A stretch of DNA of 18,708 nucleotides from Fonticula alba ATCC 38817 (Eukaryota; Protista; Nucleariida), in assembly GCA_000388065.2 (NCBI GenBank), contig KB932225.1; one strand, written 5' to 3'. Below are positions 1-7,438 of this stretch, in pieces (position 1 is the first letter of the stretch; each line of letters starts with the position of its first letter). The notes beneath the pieces were generated by a model, which saw only the letters and a list, made by a program, of their open reading frames with translations, was not told the DNA's origin and did no database searches. Made by a program: the position numbers and the translations under genes.

Positions 1-108
1 TTCAACGGCCGCCCTCTCGACCATCGAGAGCATCCACAATACCTCCGTCAACCCGATCGAGACAATTTTTCTTCCTTTTTGTTCAATGCACCCGGAGCGG
101 GAACCTGA

Positions 109-941
109 TGTCTGGTTGCCCGGGAGGAGGGGGGGGGGCCGCATCTATTCAAGGGATTGTGGTCGGATCGGGGCGTCATCGAGATCTTGACCCCTCCCGC
201 CCCCTCCTTCGGGCCTCGGCGCCACGCCCTATGGCTGAAGCTGCTTCGGCCCGGCAGGCACCACATCCAAAGGCAGGCCCTCCCCAACCACCCGCCGGCG
301 AGCCCTGTGTCTGCCTCGCACCCCTCGCAGAGTGGTATGGAGCAGGCAGCTGACCATGGGTCGCGGTCCATGCTGATAAGGGAGGCGCTCGCTCGGGCCA
401 CCAGGGCCCTGCTCACCTTCGGGCCCGATTGCACCGTGCCACACCTGCCGAGCCCTCCCCAACACAGCCCACTCATCTTGGAACCTGCCTGCAGGCCACC
501 GTGCAGGGTCCGCCTCTGCAAACCATGCTCCAGATGCGAAAACACATCCAGGACGCCCGGAGGGGAGACGAGGCCGCCAGTGAGGCCAATGGTCACCCTC
601 CCACCATGGGCTGCCACAGCCTGAAGTGCACGTCAGCCAGGCAACAGCCCCCCAAGGACGCGTGCCAGCCACACTTCCCCGGGCACGAGCTCTACCCCCG
701 CTCTGGCTGCCAGCCCAGCCGAACACTCCAACGCGCAAGGTCGACCGGGCGGGAGGGAACTCGCGGATGTCCCAGCCTGAAGTGCACGTCAGCCAGGCAA
801 CAGCCCCCCAAGGACGCGTGCCAGCCACACTTCCCCGGGCACGAGCTCTACCCCCGCTCTGGCTGCCAGCCCAGCCGAACACTCCAACGCGCAAGGTCGA
901 CCGGGCGGGAGGGAACTCGCGGATGTCCCTCACAGGCTTAA
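109..941 (+). other. Unresolved coding-like region (possible fragment of a hypothetical gene or degenerate element)
   Basis: Two overlapping + frames (109-624 and 429-941) have runs of G/C-ending codons, e.g. WSDRGVIEILT..HALWLKLLRPGRHHIQRQ and ATVQGPPLQTMLQMRKHIQDARRG. No recognisable domain. The splice donors needed to join them (gtgcca, gtcgac) do not fit the window's GTNYG consensus. Confidence 0.25.
617..928. repeat. Perfect 156-bp tandem duplication (617-772 and 773-928)
   Basis: Two identical copies starting cagcctgaagtgcacg; visible as the duplicated 52-aa block in ORF 429..941. Confidence 0.95.
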
Positions 942-990
942 ATCCCGTCTGAGGAGAAAGCAGAAGGCCCAATTGGTTGAGGGCAAGAGG

Positions 991-1394
991 GCCGGATGGC
1001 AAGCGGATCTCCAAGGCGTAAGTGGCCACAAAGCCAGGCCCCATGATTGCCTCTCGCCCAGGGAGATGACGGCGACACATGTGCCAGGAGTGGAGTGTGG
1101 AGGTGCCTGCCGGGAGAGCGGCTTCTTGGAGTAGGGGCCACCTGGGAAACGGCCACCGAGCACCCGGGCAAGGTCCATAGGCAGATCGGAAGAGCGTCGT
1201 GCCGGATGGCAAGCGGATCTCCAAGGCGTAAGTGGCCACAAAGCCAGGCCCCATGATTGCCTCTCGCCCAGGGAGATGACGGCGACACATGTGCCAGGAG
1301 TGGAGTGTGGAGGTGCCTGCCGGGAGAGCGGCTTCTTGGAGTAGGGGCCACCTGGGAAACGGCCACCGAGCACCCGGGCAAGGTCCATAGGCAG
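991..1394. repeat. 194-bp direct duplication (991-1184 and 1201-1394) separated by Illumina adapter sequence; probable assembly artefact
   Basis: Both copies run gccggatggcaagc...gtccataggcag; the 16-nt spacer between them is adapter sequence. Confidence 0.92.
1183..1201 (+). other. Illumina TruSeq adapter fragment (contamination)
   Basis: AGATCGGAAGAGCGTCGTG is a 19-nt match to the start of the TruSeq adapter AGATCGGAAGAGCGTCGTGTAGGG and lies exactly at the duplication junction. Confidence 0.93.
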
Positions 1395-2510
1395 CGAGCA
1401 CAATAGTTGGAAGGGCGGCCTGCCAAGATAGAGGAAGGGGGCCCACATGGATGTCGGGAGGATGGACCACGGTGCGGTGGCCAATCCCCCTTCCTGGAAA
1501 GGAACACGTCAAAGTGAAATGAGAGCGCGCAGGAGGGTACGTTTCGCGGTGTGTAGGGGAGATGTCGCAGTGCTCAAGCAACTCGCCCGATCCAGGGCCA
1601 CGGTCACCCATGTTGGCGGACGAGGGCTGTCCCCTCCGGTGGCCATTCGTGTCCTGCCAGCCACGAACTCCCGGATAGGGAGGGGAACGTGCCAAGCAAG
1701 ATGAGAAGGGGCAGCCAGACGCCCAAGGGAAAGTGCACCAATGGCTAGTGTTGCCTCCTGATCCGGCGGCGGTGAGTGTCTCTTCGTAGGGGAAAACCGG
1801 CCTCAGCCCCAGTGTCACTCGGAAGGGGGTTCCAACATGAATGGACATCAGGTGAGGGTGGGTCTGGTCGGCCAAATGCCCAGTCGCGGAAAGAGTGCCA
1901 TCCCGGTCGATGCCCGTCGGCGTGGCCAACACTCGGAGGAGGAGAAGGAGGCTGGATGGCCGAGTTGACCACGGCCCAGGTTCGGTCCCTGCATGCGCAA
2001 TCCACCCGGCTGTCCTGGGACTCGCAGGAGGAAAGTAACACAATCTCGATCCGGGCGCAGGTTCAACGAAAGACGAAGGCCCGGCCAATCTAAAGCGAGC
2101 GACAAAAGGCACCCAGGAGACTGGGGGCCCGAAGGAGTCGATCACCTTCCGAAGACTTCATTCAGTAGAATAGGGACTCTCCGGGGAGGGCACCGCCGCG
2201 TGCTAAAGAGGCGATCCAGACAACAACCCCGCCGGGGGTCGCGAGATGCTGAGGGGTGGAGAGAGACGAAGAAAGCACTGAGAAAAGACATAAGGAGGAG
2301 GAGGGAAGGGGGAGGAAAGGGTGAGGGCGATGGGACCGTTCGGTGCACTAGGCTGCGACTTATGTTGCGGAAGGAGGACGACACCTCTGACTGGCCATTC
2401 TTCGATCCTGCACAATGCACCAAGCCAGCCCGCGTGTGCCCCGAGGGTGTGTCTCCGACGGGACGGAACAACCGGGCACCAGGGGGACAAGGGAAGTTTC
2501 TACATACTTT

Positions 2511-2700
2511 TTGGTAATAATATAATCAAACATTGTCATAATGAGTTATTCATAAAATTGGTGATTGTTCTCTTTTTAAGTACTAAAACGAGAAGGTTTG
2601 TTGTCATAATATTGTTTATATTTGTGCTCACGCTTGTAATAGAAATTGTATGTCTACATGTTTTTTCGTATTTATTCCTAGTCCTACAATTAAACAGCCG
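2511..2700. other. AT-rich island
   Basis: Hand count gives 51 G+C in 180 nt (about 28% GC) over 2521-2700, with sharp edges against GC-rich flanks. Confidence 0.9.
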
Positions 2701-3426
2701 CCCATTCCTCGTCCTTCTCTTGCAGGCGCCGTCCGGATCAAGGGAGCACCCAGGGAATGTATCAAACGTTGGCATATAGTTACCATCCCGCCCCGGTCCG
2801 TTCCGCGTCGCCTCCTTACTTCGGGGACCTGAGCCCGCTTGTGCCCCATCGGTCTCGAGTCAAACAAAGGGCGACTTCCTTTGAACACAGGCCCTCGGGC
2901 GCGCAGGGCATCGGCAGTCGGGGCCCGTCCGGTGGCACTCGATGGGCCTCGTTTTGGCCGGCGTTTGCCCCGACCCCTTTGTGTCCTATCTGCCAGGCGG
3001 TGGAGATACGCCGGGCTGGCTCAGACAGCCAATCGGCGCCGATGCCAGGGGCCGATGCCTTCCTCGGCTTTATGACACCCCATTCCATCTGCTCGCGCTC
3101 AGGCCCAGAGCCGACGCCTGTTTGATGTGACCGGCTCTCCGCACGCGCGCTGGGACCTCCGTGCCGGGGCGGTGGCCTTGCTTTCCACATTGGGTAAGCG
3201 GTCATCCTCGACGAAGAGACCCTGGAATGCCACCAGCCGGGTTGTCCTTCATTTCCGCGGTCCCCCATTCCCTGGGGGTCCTTCCGGCTCCGGGCCCTTC
3301 CGAAGGTGGCAATTGGACAGATCGTGGAGGGTCCCCCTTGGGTTGGGGGCAGGGAACCGGGCGTTCCCGCTCTCCGAGTTCCCCGCTGTCCTCCCGAGTA
3401 CACTCTCCGGTGACGCGGGTCCAAGC

Positions 3427-3446
3427 GTGTGTGTGTGTGTGTGTGT
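3427..3446. repeat. (GT)10 microsatellite
   Basis: Direct read of gtgtgtgtgtgtgtgtgtgt. Confidence 0.95.
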
Positions 3447-3761
3447 CGGGAGGCTGCTCGGGACCGGGCTCATTCGCCCCGGGCTTCCTTTTTTGGGCGC
3501 CCCGCCCGCTTGCCACGCCGCCTGGGCTTGGTACCCCACTTCTTTCCCTCCTTTTCCCCGCCCTCCTTCCAGCGTTTCTGCCTCTCCCTCCTCGGTTCCT
3601 GTTCCCCCCTCTCTTCCTGTCTCCGATCCCTCCCTCCTCCCTCCTTCTCAGGTAAGGACGCGCCCTCATGTCTTCCTCCCTGTTTTCCCCTCGTGCTCTC
3701 CACTGGTCAAGCATGCCCCTAACCAGCCTGCATCTTTGCGCTCCCCCTTCTCAAGGCAACC

Positions 3762-6700
3762 ATGTTCGGTCTTTTTTCCTCCGGTCGCAGCAACGCTGCA
3801 ATGGAGAGTGCGTTTGGCCGCTTTCTATCCTGACTTTTCCCCTCCCACCCTCTCTACGGCCATTCTGACTCAATCTCTCTCTCCCCCTCCCCAGACCACC
3901 TTTTCAACCTGCGCGTTCGTTCCCCCCATTCCTCTACTCTCTTCCTCCCTTCCTCCCTTCCTGTCCCTCCCCGCCCCCCTGCCCCGCACACACCGTCTTT
4001 CCGACACTCACCCTCTTCTGTCCCCCCCTCCCCCCCTCTGGCACACTTCCCTGTCTCGACATGCAGTACACGGCGAAGCAGATGAACCGCCTTAGTGCCA
4101 AGTGCACCAAGGAGGAAGCCCAAGAGAAGGCCAAGCTCAAGAAGGTTTGTTTCCCACCNNNNNNNNNNCCCCCCCCCCCCGTGGACGCCGGCCCCGACCG
4201 CCACCGAGAGGAGGAGGAGGAGGGGGCGGCGGGCCAGGCATGCAAGCGGGACCATTCGTCCCCCGGGGGCCGTGCGCGTCTGGGCCCCGCGCCGGGGCGC
4301 GCGCTCTCGGCCGGACGATCCCGAGCTTGGCCTGGGGGCAAGTTCTCGATGCATCATACCGCAATGTTGTTTTGTGGGTTTAATGTCCCTCGCCAAGGGG
4401 ATAAATGCCCTGGATGAGGACGGGAGCCCATCGAGTGGCGCTTTGTCCGAGTGGTTAAGGAGCCAGCCTGCTAAGTTGGTGTGCTCTGCACGCGCGTGTT
4501 CGAATCACGCAGGCGTCAAATATCTTTTGCTCCCTCGTTTTTTCGTGCGCCTCTCCCGGGGAGCGGGGGCCACAACAAAAGAGGGCCTACAAGCAGCACC
4601 CCCCCTCGTTTTTTTTTTTTTTTTTCGCCGTACGCCCCCCTCCCTCTGACCGCCGCCCCCTGACACGGACGCGTCCCTGGCGCTGTCTCCTAGGTGCGGT
4701 TCTCCCTCGCGAACGGAACCCGGCGGCGCCTAGTCTCCCGCGCGGGGCCCGCCGCCCCGCCCCCCCCCCGCGAGCAGCCGGCGCCCCTCCGGTCCCTTCT
4801 TCGCGCCGCCATCCAGGAGGGGGGCGGGGAGGGCCGCAGAGTTGGCCCGGCCGAAATGCGCCTTCTCTTCTCCTTCTCGCGCGGCGCAAAAAGAATATGA
4901 CGCCTGCGTGATTCGAACACGCGCGTGCAGAGCACACCAACTTAGCAGGCTGGCTCCTTAACCACTCGGACAAAGCGCCATTCGGATGAGGGGCGCTCAT
5001 CAACAGCCGCACATATAGTTTCTCCTTTCCGAATGGCCCTGCCGCGGCTCGCTCCTTGTCCCCCCCCCCCTCTCGGCGGGCCTGTGTTACGAGAGGGCTG
5101 CGGCCCGGGGAAGTGGCGCGGGAGATTAATCAGTGTGCGTCTGGCAGTTTCGCGTTGTCGCCGCCGGCCCGGCTCCTCCCGAGTCCCTGGGGGCGGCGGG
5201 GGCGGCGGGGCCGCCGCGGGAAGCATGGGCGACTTCGCCTCAGGCCTCGGGGCGTTCTGCCTTGCTCGACCTCTCGCGGCACCGGCAACAAAAACAGGGC
5301 CACTTTCCCACGGTCTGCTAGTGGGCTGCCTTTTCCCACCCCCGCGTCTCGGGGACCCCTCGCGCACCCGACCACCGGGTCTCGGGCGTCGCGCTACCGG
5401 CCGGGGGCTGGGCATTTTCGCCTCGCGGAACACATGCCGGGCCGCCTGCCCGGCCCCAAACAGCGGCTGGGTGTGCTCGGCCCGCAGGCGCCGTGCAGGG
5501 TCCTGTGGGGCGCGTACAGGAGGACCGACCGTGCTTCTCCCCCCGCCCCCTCTCCCCCGTCCGCCGGCCCCGCGGTCAAGGGATTGGACGGGCATCCCCA
5601 GCCGGCAAGGGGTCATTTTCGCCTTGACCCCCGCCCGCGGGCGGTGCTTTTTACCTACGCCCCACGGACACTTTGGGCAGGGTTGGCGCACAGCTTCCGA
5701 GGGTCGAGCGGGAAATCGCCCCCCGGCAAGCCCCGGCCGCCCGATCCCACCTCCTTTGATGGGGGCAGGGGGAGGGCGTTTTCCGGGATCGGGCCACAAA
5801 ATACAGCGGCCGCTTTGCCGGGTCGAGCGTGCTGGGGCCGACACCGGCGCGCTGGCCTTCTTTCTGCCGGTCCTCGCCCCCTGTTCGGGGAAGAGCCCTT
5901 CACGTGCGTGGCCCCGCCCCCGCCCCCGCCCCCCACTCTCGCCCCCGCTCGCTCTTCCCAGACGTCCCGATCGAACAGCCCCAGGGGCTGAGGCCGCGCG
6001 CTGTCGCGCAGACGCGCGCCTTGGCAGAGCCATGGGCCCTCCGCGCCCGGGCGTGAGCCTGTGCGCGCATTGCCGAGACACGGGGGATGTTTGCTGCGCG
6101 CGCGTGCGCTAGTTCACAGGAGGGCCCGTGGGCGGACCGGCATAGGTGGGTCTTCCTTGCGTCTCTGTGCTGCGGGCCTACACCAACAGAGACGGTTCGT
6201 GCGCAGCCCGTCCCCGGCCAGGCTGGGGGGGTGATCGCATTCCAGGCCCTGGGGGCGCTAACTCTCAGACAGAGGTCCAAGACACTCTGCCCACTGTGCC
6301 CTCCGGGTCGGCCGACCCCCGGGCCCGGCGGCACATTCGCCGAGTGTGTTGCACGCCCCGCCCCCCGGTGTCCTGGACACGCACGCACACACGCACCCCC
6401 CCCCCCCCCCCATCGTCAAATGCAGGCTCTCCAGCAGGGCAACCACGACGGCGCGCGCATTTACGCGCAGAATGCCATCCGCAAGCGCTCCGAGTCGCTG
6501 AACTACCTGAAGATGTCCTCGCGCCTGGATGCCGTGGCCTCGCGCGTGCAGACCGCCGTCACCATGAACGACGTTTCCCGGTCGATGGCCGGTGTGGTGA
6601 CTCAGATGGACAAGGCCATGCAGTCCATGGATCTGGAGAAGATCCAGGCCATCATGCAGAAGTTTGAGCAGCAGTTCGACGACCTGGACGTCCGTGTGGA

Positions 6701-7058
6701 CACCATGGAGGATGCCATGGGCAGCTCCACGGCCACCATGATCCCGGGCGAGCAGGTCGACACCCTGATCATGCAGGTGGCCGACGAGAATGGTGCGTTG
6801 TGTGGCGTCGCGTCGGCGGTGGCTCCTTTTTTTTTCCCGCTCGCTTCCTCGTCCGGTTCCCAGCTTCCTCCATCGTCGGTGACATTGACTGACTGATCCC
6901 CCCCCCCCCCCCCACTCACCCTTTCCCCAGGCCTCGAGGTCAACATGAGCATGGCCAATGCCCCCTTCGGAGTACCCGCCACCCAGGCCCAGACCTCGTC
7001 CAACCGCGAGCAGGACGAGCTTTCCCAGCGCCTGGCTCGCCTGCGCAACGAGTCTTAG
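3762..7058 (+). CDS. CHMP1: ESCRT-III subunit CHMP1/Did2/Vps46 (Snf7 family), spliced, 212 aa
   Basis: Exons 3762-3807, 3895-3914 (20-nt microexon), 4067-4144, 6426-6792, 6931-7058; all GT-AG with matching phases. Protein [84 protein letters not shown] follows CHMP1B as I recall it ([42 protein letters not shown]), including the C-terminal MIM1 motif. An alternative start is ATG 3801. Confidence 0.95.
4159..4168. other. Assembly gap (10 N) followed by C12
   Basis: Run of n in the sequence, 14 nt after the CHMP1 intron 3 donor. Confidence 1.
4437..4518 (+). tRNA. tRNA-Ser(GCT), 82 nt, intronless, copy 1
   Basis: Cloverleaf: acceptor GGCGCTT/AGGCGTC, D arm TCC-GAGTGGTTAA-GGA, anticodon stem CCAGC/GTTGG with loop CTGCTAA (GCT at 4470-4472), long variable arm GTGC-TCT-GCAC, T arm GCGTG-TTCGAAT-CACGC, discriminator A. 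Confidence 0.97.
4525..4543 (+). terminator. Pol III oligo-T terminator(s) of tRNA copy 1
   Basis: T4 at 4525-4528 and T6 at 4538-4543, just downstream of the tRNA 3' end. Confidence 0.7.
4888..4892 (-). terminator. Pol III T5 terminator of tRNA copy 2
   Basis: A5 on + (T5 on -), 5 nt downstream of the 3' end of the minus-strand tRNA. Confidence 0.7.
4898..4979 (-). tRNA. tRNA-Ser(GCT), 82 nt, intronless, copy 2 (identical to copy 1)
   Basis: Exact reverse complement of 4437-4518. Confidence 0.97.
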
Positions 7059-7438
7059 GCGTGTGTCTGCTCGGACACACCTTTGCACATACATCAGCCT
7101 CTGCGGCCCCATGCCCGCGCGTGTGTACATTATTCAAGCCCCCATGGTTGGGACCCGCTGCTTGTTGCCAGGCCACCGGTTTGCCCCCTCTCCTTGGCCC
7201 CCTCCATGTGTATGTGCGTGTGCGTATGCGTACACGCCGACCCTGCCCTTGTTCCCGCCTCTCCCCCTCCTCTCCACACTGGGCAGAAGACGCGTATTTG
7301 TTGAGACCCAGAGAAATATACGAAAACCATACAACCAGCATCCCCGCAGCCTACCTGCCAACGGCCACCGGTCTTTGGCTGGTGGAAGGGCGTCTATTTG
7401 CCGGCCCCAGCTGGCCAGGGGCCCGGACCCAATGTGCC

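Noticed and set aside
617-1394. Direct repeats as a CRISPR-like array or LTRs
   Set aside because: Units are 156 and 194 bp with only two copies each; the only spacer is sequencing adapter; no TG..CA ends, primer-binding site or pol motifs.
229-2145. 638-aa minus-strand ORF with internal repeats as a novel repeat protein
   Set aside because: Its repeats come from the two DNA duplications and it includes adapter-encoded TTLFRS; codon bias favours the opposite strand; no domain recognised.
4437-4979. AGY codon reassignment to Leu by the A73 tRNA
   Set aside because: AGC occurs at conserved Ser or small-residue positions: VPS53 RPI-S-DVGAEQ and EAL-S-N, CHMP1 MG-S-ST.
4437-4979. Terminal inverted repeats of a MITE
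   Set aside because: The repeats are complete tRNA genes with their own terminators, and no target-site duplication flanks them.
4942-6112. Long ORFs 4942-6081 (-) and 5033-6112 (+) as nested genes
   Set aside because: Arg/Gly/Pro-dominated translations with all frames open in very GC-rich DNA, typical of shadow ORFs. The repeated cattttcgcct (GHFRL twice) is too short to support a call.
7270-7341. VVWFSYISLGLNK as a remnant APC2 WHB exon
   Set aside because: Only SYI matches; it uses AT-rich, UTR-like codons, has an in-frame stop just upstream, and no compatible donor links it to the last APC2-like exon.
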